Assembly: GCA_964396005.1 (NCBI GenBank)
Contig: CAYNCT010000002.1
Span: 948 to 64,947, forward strand
Direction of reading: 5' to 3'
Length of the DNA stretch: 64,000 nucleotides
From: an uncultured Verrucomicrobiota bacterium
GTDB taxonomy: Bacteria > Verrucomicrobiota > Verrucomicrobiia > Limisphaerales > J093
The notes under the pieces are model-generated. The model was not told the DNA's origin. It worked only from the letters and a program-made list of their open reading frames with translations, and searched no databases. Position 1 is the first letter of the stretch; every line of letters begins with the position of its first letter. A program made the translations under genes and the position numbers. Shown one piece after another: positions 30,332 through 40,129 of this stretch.

Positions 30332-31210
30332 TCATTCCGCCCGCACCATGCGCAAACCAAACAGTCCGCCGGCGAGGTTGCCGGGATGGGCTTGAAACCG
30401 GACTTCCACCCGCGTCTTGCCGCGGGTGAGCGGGTCGGGGATGGGATACGTGGCATCAAAGAACTGCCCGGGCTGGTGGCTGGCGAGCGTCTGGGTCGCG
30501 ATCCGCTCCCCGTCCACGAGGATGTCGAACGTCCGGTTGCCGTCGTCCCCGCCCCACCACGTGCAGAGGAGGGCCACGGGCTGGTCGGGCGGCGCGTTCA
30601 TCTGGTAGCTGAACCAGCCGCGGGCATGGCGCCACCGGCGGTCCTGGTGAGTGCCCGCCGCCATGCCCTCCCCGGCCAGCGCGTGATCCGTCTCGGACTG
30701 TTGCTCGCCGATGCCCACGACGTCGGTAGTGGCCCGTTCGAGCGCCTGGCGACGGGCCTCTGCGGCGGCGCGTTCAGCGGCGCGCTGCTGGAATTCGGCG
30801 GGCGTCAGCACCCGCCAATAAACCGCGTGGCGCTGGTGATGCAGCCGGTAAAAAGGGATCAGCCGCACGTCGTTCGGCTGCCCAAGGCCGCGCGTTTCGA
30901 AGACGAGCGCATCGTCCTGGGCGCGGGCCCACTCGCGGAGCTGAAGGATGGCCTCGCCGAGGACCCCCGCCGACCCGCGAAACTGCGCCGACCCGCGCGG
31001 CTGGTTGTCCCGGGTCCACCACTCGTAGAAGTCGCCGTGCCGGGCCACGCGCGCGACCATCGGCTTGAGTTCGCGGTAGGCGTCAGCCATCAGGCCGTGG
31101 CGGATGAGTTGCTGGACCATCCGGCCGCCAAACCAGCACCAGTCACCGCCGTTCTGGTACGACCAGGCCTTCATGCCCGGGTTTTGGAACAGCCCGTCCG
31201 GGTACGGGGG
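30332..31210 (-). CDS. C-terminal portion of the GH127-family chimeric glycosidase, in frame with 31211..33973 and downstream of an in-frame TAG
   Basis: Continues the (alpha/alpha)6 module (PPYPDGLFQNPGMKAWSYQNGGDWCWFGGRM). It then returns to GH127-type C-terminal elements (VRLIPFYRLHHQRHAVYW; NRTFDILVDGERI...GGLFGLRM). It is in the same reading frame as the upstream ORF. Confidence 0.7.
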   Translation of the reverse strand, partial: PPYPDGLFQNPGMKAWSYQNGGDWCWFGGRMVQQLIRHGLMADAYRELKPMVARVARHGDFYEWWTRDNQPRGSAQFRGSAGVLGEAILQLREWARAQDDALVFETRGLGQPNDVRLIPFYRLHHQRHAVYWRVLTPAEFQQRAAERAAAEARRQALERATTDVVGIGEQQSETDHALAGEGMAAGTHQDRRWRHARGWFSYQMNAPPDQPVALLCTWWGGDDGNRTFDILVDGERIATQTLASHQPGQFFDATYPIPDPLTRGKTRVEVRFQAHPGNLAGGLFGLRMVRAE

Positions 31211-33973
31211 CTAAACCGTCAGGCCGAGCGAGGCGGCCCCCGCGGCGGCGACATTGGCGCGCATCCGGGCCAGCGCGGCCCGGATCTCCCGCGGCGAGAG
31301 CAGGCCGGCCTCGATGGCCACCGCGGTGCCGCCGTGGTAATAGAGGCGGCGCTCGTCAAAGTCGGCCGGGAACGGCGACCCCTCGAGATAGACGTGGGGG
31401 ATGAACTGGCCGCGGCGGGCGTCCCAGAGATGGCGGCGGACGTTGGCTCGCAGGTCGTCGTGAACGCGCTGCCAACGGGCGCGTTCGGCAGGATCGTTGC
31501 CGGCGAGCGCCAGGTAGTCCCGGAGGGCGATGAGCAGCATCGCGTTGTCGTAGATGTCGAGTGCGCGATGCGAGCCGGCGTCGAGTTCGACCCCCCATTC
31601 GTGCTCGGGTTGCACGTCGCCCCAGTCCACCGTGGTCGCGCCCCAGATGAGGCCGTGGACCGGATCGAAGCGATGGTTCAGCAAATACTCGAGCGCCCGC
31701 CGCAGGCGCGCGCACACGGTCTGGCCGCCGATGCTCTCGCCCAGAAGGGTCCGGTCGCCGGTGGCGTCCACGTACCGGCGAACGGCCTGGATCAGGGACG
31801 TTTCCTGGTCGGTCTCGACGGTGTTCTTGTGTGCGAGGAAAGCGTCGGTGAATTCCGACCGCCGGTATCGGTAGCCGGCGCTGGCCTTCGCCACCGGGAT
31901 GAAGCCGTCCGGAATGTCACCGTCGGCGCCCTGGAACTTGAAGAAGGTGAGCAGGTTCGAGCGGATGACGTCGCGGTGAACGCAGCGGAGGGTCAGGTTG
32001 AGGAACGTGTTAAGGTCGCGAATCCACACCTCGCCGTAACCCGAGCCCGCGGTCAGCCCGCTGCCGAGAAGTGTGCGGGCTCGCTCGAGGGCGAAGTCGA
32101 AATCCGCATCGGCGAGAATGCGCGCCGCCAGCTCGCGGTCGGCCTTCGAGGCCCGCTGCTTCACCGGCCGGACCTGCTTGAGCCAGTCGGCGGTCGCGGT
32201 CACGAACACGGGTGCCTCGGGCGACGGCACGCCGTTGTGATCGGTTTGTCCCCGGAGGTACGGCAAAGGCAGGTCCGCGCGGCCCAGCTCGCCGGCCAGA
32301 ACGATCGGGCCGTAAAGCAGCGCCACGACTTGCGGATCGTCGGGCAGCGGCTCGGTGCGAAGCGCCATCGGGAAGCGGACCTCGACGAGGTCGCCGTCGC
32401 GCCATGCGCGGCGCAGGGTCAGGTAGCCGTCCGGGTCTCGGTTGAGCGGCTGGCGCGCGCCATTGAGCCGGAGTGCAGGGCTGGCCGCGGCCCAGGCGGG
32501 ATGGCGGATCTTCAACGTGGTCAGGCGCGTCGGATCGCCGCGCAGCCGGAGGCGCACGGTGTCTTCCTCGGGAAAGCGCGTTTCCTGGCGGAGCGTGACG
32601 CCGAACTCCTCCGCCCGCAGTTCGGACGAAATGAAGAGGTTCACGAACAGGGTCTCGCGACCGTCGTGGGCGTAGATGGCGCTGGTGAAGCGGCCGGGGT
32701 TTTCCATGCCGGTGCCGACGCAGCACCAAAACGAGTCGTGAGGCAACGCGTAGGTTTTGAAGTGCCCCGGCTTGAGGGCCATGAGATACACGTACATGCC
32801 GCTGTCCGGATCGAGCGAGGCCACGATGTGGTTGAACAGGGCGCGCTCGTAAAAGTCCATGACGGCGGCGGACGGCTCCCACGCCCACACGTGGCCGGTC
32901 AGCTTGAGCATGTTGTAGGTATTGCAGGTCTCCGCGGTGTCGGTTGAAAGGTGTTTTGAGAACTCGGCGGGCGGGAAGAAGTGCTCGTGGTCGCTGTGCC
33001 CGCCGATGACATAGGAGCGGTGCCGGGCCACCCGTTCCCAGAAAAACCGGGCCGCGTCGCGATAGCGCGACTCGCCGGTCACCTCGTACTCGCGGGCGGC
33101 ACCAATCACCTTGGGGATCTGCGTGTTCGCGTGGAGGCCGTCCAGCCGGTCCTCGCCACGGGCAAGCGGCTCGAACACGCGGGCGTGGTCGAAGGCCCGG
33201 GCCAACCGCAGGTGGTCCGGATCGCCCGTCACGGCGAAGAGGTTGGCGAGGACTTCGTTCATGCCGCCAAATTCCATGTCCAGCGAGGCCTGCATCTGCT
33301 CCGGCGGCAGGCGGTCCACCCGCGTCTTCACCCAGGCCGCCTTCCGGACCAAAACCTGGAGAGCCTGCGCGTTGCCGCAGAGTTGATGCGCGTCGAGCAA
33401 GCCCGCCATGATCTTGTGCAGCGTGTACCACGGGGCCCACACCGGCCGCCGGTTTTCCACGCGCTCGATGAACGACTCCGGAAACGCCGAGAGATAGCCC
33501 TCAGTGAAACCGGCCCGGGGCGACGCCGCCTGGCATTTGGCGAGTTCAGCGACGATGGCATCGGCCCGGCTCTTGAACTGCGCGTCTCCGGTGCCGGCGT
33601 AGGTAAGCGCCAGGGCGGTGAGGTAGTGGCCCAGCGTGTGGCCACGCAATTCGACCTGTGGCGATTCCCAGCCGCCATAGGGCGTCGCCGTCGAGGGCAG
33701 TCCGACATTGACCCGGAACGTGTGCAACAGGCGATCGGGGTCGAGGCTCAGGAGATATTGCTCATTGCGTTTCCGGGCTTCCAGAAACGGGCCCTCGAGC
33801 AGCCGGACCGCGGTGAGCGGAAACATTTGCGCCGCGGGCGGCGCGGGTGCCCCGGCGAGGCGCGACGCGAGCACCAGCCCGCCGGCGAGGAAGACGGCCA
33901 AGCGGCGGGTCAATGATCCCAGCGGGCGGACGGCGAGCGGGGCAGGGCGGGCGGGGGAAGCATCGAACGTCAT
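31211..33973 (-). CDS. Glycoside hydrolase family 127 (beta-L-arabinofuranosidase-like, DUF1680) N-terminal part plus the start of an inserted six-hairpin glycosidase-like module; ends at TAG 31211..31213
   Basis: Contains LLEGPFLEARKRNEQYLLSLDPDRLLH.FR ... YGGWE ... LRGHTLGHYLTALA ... CCVGTGMENP. A second module follows (GSGYGEVWIRDLNTF ... DIYDNAMLLIAL ... YYHGGTAV). Confidence 0.85.
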   Translation of the reverse strand: MTFDASPARPAPLAVRPLGSLTRRLAVFLAGGLVLASRLAGAPAPPAAQMFPLTAVRLLEGPFLEARKRNEQYLLSLDPDRLLHTFRVNVGLPSTATPYGGWESPQVELRGHTLGHYLTALALTYAGTGDAQFKSRADAIVAELAKCQAASPRAGFTEGYLSAFPESFIERVENRRPVWAPWYTLHKIMAGLLDAHQLCGNAQALQVLVRKAAWVKTRVDRLPPEQMQASLDMEFGGMNEVLANLFAVTGDPDHLRLARAFDHARVFEPLARGEDRLDGLHANTQIPKVIGAAREYEVTGESRYRDAARFFWERVARHRSYVIGGHSDHEHFFPPAEFSKHLSTDTAETCNTYNMLKLTGHVWAWEPSAAVMDFYERALFNHIVASLDPDSGMYVYLMALKPGHFKTYALPHDSFWCCVGTGMENPGRFTSAIYAHDGRETLFVNLFISSELRAEEFGVTLRQETRFPEEDTVRLRLRGDPTRLTTLKIRHPAWAAASPALRLNGARQPLNRDPDGYLTLRRAWRDGDLVEVRFPMALRTEPLPDDPQVVALLYGPIVLAGELGRADLPLPYLRGQTDHNGVPSPEAPVFVTATADWLKQVRPVKQRASKADRELAARILADADFDFALERARTLLGSGLTAGSGYGEVWIRDLNTFLNLTLRCVHRDVIRSNLLTFFKFQGADGDIPDGFIPVAKASAGYRYRRSEFTDAFLAHKNTVETDQETSLIQAVRRYVDATGDRTLLGESIGGQTVCARLRRALEYLLNHRFDPVHGLIWGATTVDWGDVQPEHEWGVELDAGSHRALDIYDNAMLLIALRDYLALAGNDPAERARWQRVHDDLRANVRRHLWDARRGQFIPHVYLEGSPFPADFDERRLYYHGGTAVAIEAGLLSPREIRAALARMRANVAAAGAASLGLTV

Positions 33974-34047
33974 GCGCCGTTTCTTCCGGAGCCCCCGGGT
34001 TCCGGCAAGAAAAATGGCGGGAACGCGCGAACCGTTGCCCGGGGGGA

Positions 34048-34134
34048 TGGTGGTGGGAGAAGGATTCGAACCTTCGTAGGGCGAGGCCCGACAGATTTAC
34101 AGTCTGTTCCGATTGACCGCTCCGGCATCCCACC
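34048..34134 (-). tRNA. tRNA-Tyr (anticodon GTA), class II long variable arm, CCA encoded
   Basis: Hand-folded from GGTGGGATGCCGGAGCGGTCAATCGGAACAGACTGTAAATCTGTCGGGCCTCGCCCTACGAAGGTTCGAATCCTTCTCCCACCACCA. It has a 7-bp acceptor stem, a GAAGG/CCTTC T-stem with a TTCGAAT loop, and the anticodon loop CTGTAAA. Confidence 0.95.
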
Positions 34135-34392
34135 GAACCACCCGGGTCGGGCTGGCTTCCGCTTCCGGCAAGTGCGTTCCCTCTCCTTGTGACGGCCCGC
34201 ACTCGTCGTCGCGGTTGCAACCGCAGGCGAGGCGGTAACCCGACTTGGGCTGCCGCCGTGCGGCGACAGCGGGCGGACTATGCCAACCGCGGTCGTGGCG
34301 GCAAGACGATTCCGGGGCCGGCGCGGCCAACGCGCGGCCAATAATCTGCCGAACGGCGCGCGCCGGGACCCGCCAATTGCATCAGCCGCCGC

Positions 34393-35496
34393 TCACACGT
34401 TGAACTTGAACAACAGCACGTCGCCGTCACGCACCACGTAATCGCGCCCCTCGTGCGAATAGCGGCCCGTCTCGCGCGCCTGGGCCACGGAGCCGCACTG
34501 AATCAAATCTCCGCAACTCACCCGTTCCGCCTTGATGAAGCCCCGCTCGAAGTCCGTGTGAATCCGGCCGGCCGCCCGGGCCGCGGTGGTGCCCGCCGGC
34601 ACCGGCCAGGCTCGCACTTCCTTGTCATTGAACGTGAAGAACGTCCGCAGGCCGAGCAGACGGTACACGGCCCGAATCAAAGCTTCGCCCCCGGTCGCGG
34701 TCACGCCCACCTCGGCCAGGTACTGCCGCCCTTCCTCCGGGGCCAGATCGGCCAGCTCGCTTTCGAGCGCCGCGCACACCACGACCGTCTCGCAGGCATG
34801 GTGCGTTCGCGCGTAGTCCCGCACCGGTGCTACCAACGGATCGGCGTCCGCCCGGACCAGTTGCGACTCCTTCACGTTGGCCGCGAACACGGTTGGCTTG
34901 TCGGTCAGCAGCGGACACGTCGCGAGCAGGTCGCGCTCTTCCTTGTGCAGGTCGAGCGTGTTGGCCGGTTTACCGTCTTTCAGATGCCCCTCCAGTCGGT
35001 CGAGGGCCCGGCTCTCCGCCAGCGCGTGCGCGTCGTGGCTCTTGACCTCCTTGCTGATCCGGTCCCGCCGCCGCCGAATCGCCTCCAGATCGGCCAGGAT
35101 CAACTCGGTAGCCACGATCTCGATGTCGCGCACCGGGTCGGGCGCGCCGGTCACATGCGCGATGTCCGGATCCTCGAAACACCGCACCACGTGGACGATC
35201 GCGTCCACCTCGCGGATGTGGCTGAGGAACTGGTTGCCCAGGCCTTCGCCCTGCGACGCCCCCTTCACCAGGCCCGCGATGTCCACAAACTCGATCGTCG
35301 CGGGAATCCGCTGGCGAATCCGCAGCAGGTCGCCCAGGGCGTCGAGGCGGGCATCCGGCACGGTCACCACGCCCAGATTGGGCTCAATCGTGCAGAAGGG
35401 ATAATTCGCCGCCGCTGCCTGATGCGACCGGGTGACGGCGTTGAACAGGGTGGACTTGCCCACGTTGGGGAGGCCCACAATTCCGGCTTTGAGCAT
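34393..35496 (-). CDS. ychF: Redox-regulated ribosome-binding ATPase YchF
   Basis: Contains GIVGLPNVGKSTLFNA, NYPFCTIEPN and DIAGLVKGAS, plus a C-terminal TGS-like domain ending DGDVLLFKFNV. Confidence 0.95.
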   Translation of the reverse strand: MLKAGIVGLPNVGKSTLFNAVTRSHQAAAANYPFCTIEPNLGVVTVPDARLDALGDLLRIRQRIPATIEFVDIAGLVKGASQGEGLGNQFLSHIREVDAIVHVVRCFEDPDIAHVTGAPDPVRDIEIVATELILADLEAIRRRRDRISKEVKSHDAHALAESRALDRLEGHLKDGKPANTLDLHKEERDLLATCPLLTDKPTVFAANVKESQLVRADADPLVAPVRDYARTHHACETVVVCAALESELADLAPEEGRQYLAEVGVTATGGEALIRAVYRLLGLRTFFTFNDKEVRAWPVPAGTTAARAAGRIHTDFERGFIKAERVSCGDLIQCGSVAQARETGRYSHEGRDYVVRDGDVLLFKFNV

Positions 35497-35765
35497 GGGC
35501 GACGATAGGCCGCCCGGGCGGGCCGACGGCAGGAAAAAATGAACCGGGGGCGGCCGTAAAACCGCGCTGCCGCTGCCAGCAGCCCGTTCGGGTGGGCGGC
35601 GCGCCGCACATTCCAGTTGTCAAAGCGGGGCCGCTTCTATAGCAGAATGAGGGACGGGTTTTGTCGTGTCGCCGGGCGCGGCCGATGGAGCCCGGGTTCG
35701 GGAGCCCTGAGGGCCCGGCCGCCGGCAACCCGCCGGTGGCGGGCGATGAAAAATTGGGTGTCGTG

Positions 35766-38700
35766 ATGGCCAAAGCACGGAACGGAAAAACGATGCGCAT
35801 CGGTACGAGCAGCAAGTACGACGCGCAGAACTCGGTTTTGAACACCGCTTACGGCGCGCTGGCGGACCTGCGCCGCGAACTGTCCGACTCCAAGGCGGCG
35901 GTGGCGGAGCGCAACGAGTTGTTGCAGATGTTCGCCACGTGCGATGACTCGCAGCGCGCCTGGCTGTTGCTGGAAGACTATTTCGCCAAGCTGTCCCTGG
36001 CCCGTCGCGATTTTCCCGGCCATCACTGGTGGCCCCGCCTGCTCAAGGCCCGCGGCAAGGGGCGGCTCGAGGAAACGGCGCTGCTCTTTCTCCGCAACAA
36101 CCGGGCCGTGCCCACGGAGTTGACCGCCTATGCCAACCCGGTCCGGCTGGCCGAGATCGAGCAGGCCGAGCAGGAGCAGAAGCAGGTCGAAGAACTGGAG
36201 GAGTGGTTGCTGCCGCCGCCTCCCACCCACCTGGATTCCCCGCGCGCCCATTTGCGGGTCCAGGTCCGCGCCGTGCCGAGCGAAGCCCAGCCGGGGTTTC
36301 ACGAGCTGGGCATCGAGTTTCTCCTCTACAAGCCGCGCACCGGCGAAAAGGCGAAGACCGTGGCCGACCTGATTGATCACGCCACGCGGGCGGCGCATGA
36401 GGAGGAGCTGTTTCCGGCCCGGGACTGGCAGTGCATCATCTGGGTGCGCGACCACTACCGCGAGCGCGACCACAACGATCAGCCGCTGCGGGTCTCCGGG
36501 CTGGAGTTGCTGCGGTGGCTGGCCCGCTGGGGCAGCCCCGCGTGGTTGGAATGGGCCGGCACGCCCGACAACGTGGTGTTCACCGGGCAACTGGCCGAGT
36601 TGGCGCCCCGCCTGGCCAACGGGGCCGGTGACCTGACCTTCCTCCATCGGCTGCGCCTGCCGTCCGGTGAGGAATTCGACCTGGACGCGGTCAAGTGGTT
36701 TGCGGGGCAGCCCTCGCTGGTGGCGGTTCACAACGCCTTCTACCTCCTGCGCAACGCCCCCCCGCCGTCGCTCCTGGGCAAGTTGGTCCACCAGCCGGGC
36801 CTGCCCGTCCGCAAGCTCAGCCACCGGCTGATCGCTCACCTCCGCAAAACGGGCGTCGCCGCCGGTGTTAACTGGGACGACATCTGCGTCGCCCACCCGG
36901 CCCGGCCGCAGTTCATGTTCGAGCTGGAAGCCGACACCATTCGCCTGCGCCTGCGGGCGGTGAGCGACCGGGATGGCAGCCGCTGGCAATGGAACGGCCA
37001 CGAGTGGCAGCCCGCTGACGATCCGCCCCGCCTGCAGACCAAGCCGGAAATTATCGAAGACGCCCGGCTCGACAAGGCCATCCTCTGGCTGCGGCGGCTG
37101 GATTGGTTCACCCCGGAGCCGGGGCTGTGGGTGGGCGACGCCAGCGACAACTTCCTGGGCCTGCTGGCAGCGGCCTGGCCGGACCGGCCGTCGGAGGCAG
37201 ACTACCTCGCCAACCCCGCCTTCCAGCGGCTGTTCATGGCGCCGCGCCAGTTGAAGCCCAAGCTGATCGTGCAGGGCAGCGGCATTGACTGGCTGTCCGT
37301 CTCGGCCGAATGGGAGCAGGAAGGGCTCAAACTATCCGCCGCCGACCTCGAGCGTCTGGCCACCGCCACCTCGCGGTTTGTCAAACTTCCCGACAGCGGC
37401 TGGGTGGAGCTGGACCTGCGGTCCGTGCAGGCCGCGCACGAGACGATGGCTGATCTCGGCCTCGAGGGGCTTTCGCCGCTCGGCCAGAAGGTGGACCTGA
37501 TCCAGGCAGCGGCGCTCGGCGAGGAAGGGCTCAAGCGATTTGCCGACCTGCCGGAGGCGCGAGCACTGCGCCAGCGCATCGCTGATTTTAAAGGCGTGGC
37601 CAAGGTCCCACTGCCGGCCATGGTCAACGCCGAGCTCCGCCCCTACCAGAAAGAAGGCTACGACTTCCTCTGCCACCTCGCCCGCATCAAGCTGGGCGGA
37701 ATCCTCGCCGACGACATGGGCCTTGGAAAGACGCTGCAAACGCTGGCGTGGCTGGCCTGGCTCAAGGAACGCCACCCGAAGAAGGCCCGCCCCGCGCTGG
37801 TCATTTGCCCTGCGTCGGTCCTCCACAACTGGCGGCGCGAGGCCGAGAAATTCACCCCCGGTCTCAAAGTGCTCGTGCTGGAGAGCGGCCCGGCGCGCCA
37901 CAACCTGCGCAAGCAGATTCCCCAGTTCGACCTGATCGTCACCAACTACGCGCTGCTCCGCCGCGACCTCGAGGCGCTGCAGAAGTTCGAGTTCCGTGCC
38001 GTGGTGCTGGATGAGGCCCAGTTCATCAAGAACCCCACCGCGCAGGTCAGCCAGAGCGTCAAGCAGCTTCGGGCGGAGCACCGGCTGGCCCTCACGGGGA
38101 CCCCCCTCGAAAACCGCCTGTTGGACCTCTGGAGCATCGTGGACTTTGTCCAGCCCGGTTATCTGGGAAATCAGCAGCAGTTTCACGATCACTACGAGCC
38201 GACCGGACCGGACGCCGAGTTCGCCCAGCGCATGGCCCGCCGCAAGCTGTCCGCCAAACTGCGGCCGCTCTTGTTGCGCCGCCTCAAAAAGCAGGTCGCG
38301 CGCGATTTGCCGGACCGCATCGAGGAACGCCGCGACTGCGAACTGGGCGAGCAGCAGCGGCTGCTCTACCTGGCCGAATTGCGCCGCAGCCGCGACAAGG
38401 TCATGCAGACCGTGCGCGAAAAAGGCCTCGCCAAGAGCAAACTCCAGGTGCTCGCCGCGCTGACCCGCCTGCGGCAGATCTGCTGTCATCCGTCCCTCGT
38501 GGGCAGCGACTCGCCCTCCGGCAAGACGGAAACCCTGTTCGAATTGATCGAGCCGCTGCTCCAGGAGGGCCAGAAAGTCCTCGTCTTCTCGCAGTTCGTG
38601 CAGATGCTCCTGCTACTCGAGGCCGAGTGCCGACAGCGGGAGATGCCGACCTACCTGCTCACCGGCGAAACCAAGAATCGCATGGAGGTGGTGCAAGCGT

Positions 38701-39026
38701 TTCAGCAGGATGAGAAGCCCTCGATCTTCCTGCTCAGTTTGCGTGCGGCCGGCACAGGCCTGAACCTGACCACCGCCAGCTATGTAGTGCTGTACGATCC
38801 GTGGTGGAATCCGGCCGTTGAAGCGCAGGCCATTGACCGGTCGCACCGCATTGGCCAGACGCAAACGGTCAATGCCTACCGCCTGATCGCTCCCGGAACG
38901 GTCGAGGAGAAGATCTGGGATCTCCAACAGCGCAAGGCGCAAACCATTGCGGATGTCCTCGGCGAAGAAGGCTTCGCCCGCAGTCTAACGGCCACGGACC
39001 TGGATTTCTTGTTCGCAGAGGACTGA
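35766..39026 (+). CDS. SNF2 family DEAD/DEAH-box helicase with a long N-terminal SNF2-associated region
   Basis: Helicase motifs LADDMGLGKTLQT, VLDEAQFIKNP, LALTGTPLENR, QKVLVFSQF, LSLRAAGTGLNLT and QAIDRSHRIGQ. The ATG at 35766 was chosen. Confidence 0.9.
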   Translation: MAKARNGKTMRIGTSSKYDAQNSVLNTAYGALADLRRELSDSKAAVAERNELLQMFATCDDSQRAWLLLEDYFAKLSLARRDFPGHHWWPRLLKARGKGRLEETALLFLRNNRAVPTELTAYANPVRLAEIEQAEQEQKQVEELEEWLLPPPPTHLDSPRAHLRVQVRAVPSEAQPGFHELGIEFLLYKPRTGEKAKTVADLIDHATRAAHEEELFPARDWQCIIWVRDHYRERDHNDQPLRVSGLELLRWLARWGSPAWLEWAGTPDNVVFTGQLAELAPRLANGAGDLTFLHRLRLPSGEEFDLDAVKWFAGQPSLVAVHNAFYLLRNAPPPSLLGKLVHQPGLPVRKLSHRLIAHLRKTGVAAGVNWDDICVAHPARPQFMFELEADTIRLRLRAVSDRDGSRWQWNGHEWQPADDPPRLQTKPEIIEDARLDKAILWLRRLDWFTPEPGLWVGDASDNFLGLLAAAWPDRPSEADYLANPAFQRLFMAPRQLKPKLIVQGSGIDWLSVSAEWEQEGLKLSAADLERLATATSRFVKLPDSGWVELDLRSVQAAHETMADLGLEGLSPLGQKVDLIQAAALGEEGLKRFADLPEARALRQRIADFKGVAKVPLPAMVNAELRPYQKEGYDFLCHLARIKLGGILADDMGLGKTLQTLAWLAWLKERHPKKARPALVICPASVLHNWRREAEKFTPGLKVLVLESGPARHNLRKQIPQFDLIVTNYALLRRDLEALQKFEFRAVVLDEAQFIKNPTAQVSQSVKQLRAEHRLALTGTPLENRLLDLWSIVDFVQPGYLGNQQQFHDHYEPTGPDAEFAQRMARRKLSAKLRPLLLRRLKKQVARDLPDRIEERRDCELGEQQRLLYLAELRRSRDKVMQTVREKGLAKSKLQVLAALTRLRQICCHPSLVGSDSPSGKTETLFELIEPLLQEGQKVLVFSQFVQMLLLLEAECRQREMPTYLLTGETKNRMEVVQAFQQDEKPSIFLLSLRAAGTGLNLTTASYVVLYDPWWNPAVEAQAIDRSHRIGQTQTVNAYRLIAPGTVEEKIWDLQQRKAQTIADVLGEEGFARSLTATDLDFLFAED

Positions 39027-39083
39027 GCCGCGAGCCCACGCGCCGCCAGGGACGCGGCGGTCCGCGGCAGCCTCGGCGCCTCC

Positions 39084-39294
39084 AAACCGGAACGCTGCAG
39101 TCGGTTTTGGGTGGAACGGCCAACTTGGCCGCTCTGGGCGCAACTGGCCGTCCAGCCGTGCGCACGGAAGCCGCCGCAATTCCGTCGCAGCCCCGTAGAT
39201 TCGACTGTTGGGCGGGTCGCCCGACAGAATGGGCCAGCGGCCTGTTCCTCGGAGTTTGGCTCAGTTACCCTGCCTTCAATTGAATCGTTCCGGC
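39084..39294 (-). repeat. Repeat module A in reverse orientation (39084..39205) plus a short segment ending in the module-B-type terminus ttcaattgaatcgttccggc (39275..39294)
   Basis: The reverse complement aligns with copies at 15757 and 21660. The hairpins are partly degenerate. The last 20 nt match the 3' termini of the module B copies. Confidence 0.7.
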
Positions 39295-39299
39295 CTGGA

Positions 39300-40129
39300 T
39301 CTACGACGTGCCGGCGCCCACCGATCTCCTCCACGCCGGCCTGCTGCGCCCGCACGGCTTCAACGACGTGGCGGTTGAGAACATCCGCAAACGCAACTCG
39401 AACCCGGAACTCCTCTGCGGCGACTTCCACGGCGGCCAGCATCCGGACGTAGGGCGTTTGGGGGACGCCCTGCGGACGTACGATGCGTGTCCCGCGCCGT
39501 GCTTGGCGCTCCAGCTTCAGCGTGGGCAGGAAGTGATGGAGCATCTGCCCCAGCGCGCCGGCGCAGAGGGTGTTGATTAAGGGCGTGACGGCGGGGTTGT
39601 CATAGCGCTCGTAGCCGAAGTGCTGGCGGACGCCGCGGGTCCTCGGGCTCGGGCTCCGGCTCGGGCCGGACCGTTGTCATAGCGCTCGTAGCCGAAGTGC
39701 TGGCGGACGCGCGTCCAGTTGCGCGGCGCGACGTGGGCGTCGTCGTTCTTCGGATACGGACGGGCGCGGGTGAAGAGAACGGGCTTGGGGTGCTGCCCCA
39801 GATAGGCGACCGGGTGATGATTGATGAACTCCCCACGGTTGTCGCCGTCCACGCCCCGGAGGACCAACGGAAGGCTCGCCTCCAGGTCGCGGATTGGCGC
39901 GACTGTCGCGTGCTGGCTGCGGTTTTCGAGGGTGCGCAGGCCGGCCCAGCACCAGGTCGGGCGCCCGCAGGGGCGGCGGTCCGGCGCGCAGGGCGCGGAT
40001 GGCGGCCTTGCGGTGGTAGCCGAAGAGGGCGACGGCTTGATCGAGGAGTTGACGTTTGTAACCCGTGCCAGCCGGGATGTGGGAACGCCGCAGTTCGGCC
40101 AGCACTTCGCGTTTGGTGTGTTGAGTCAT
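39300..40129 (-). pseudogene. Decayed DDE (rve/integrase-core) transposase gene
   Basis: N-terminal HTH part (MTQHTKREVLAELRRSHIPAGTGYKRQLLDQAVALFGYHRKAAIRAL). Core fragment in another frame (WAGLRTLENRSQ...VLRGVDGDNRGEFINHH...FTRARPYPKNDDAHVAPRNW..VRQHFGYERYDN). C-terminal part in a third frame (HHFLPTLKLERQARRGTRIVRPQGVPQTPYVRML). About 100 aa appear to be missing between the HTH and the core. A 38-nt direct duplication is spaced 77 nt apart (39596..39633 and 39673..39710). Confidence 0.75.

Noticed and set aside
31211-31213. The in-frame TAG as a pyrrolysine codon.
   Set aside because: There are no pylT or pylSBCD genes in the window, and there is no other evidence for amber recoding. This cannot be supported from the sequence. 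It is kept only as a generic read-through possibility in the finding.
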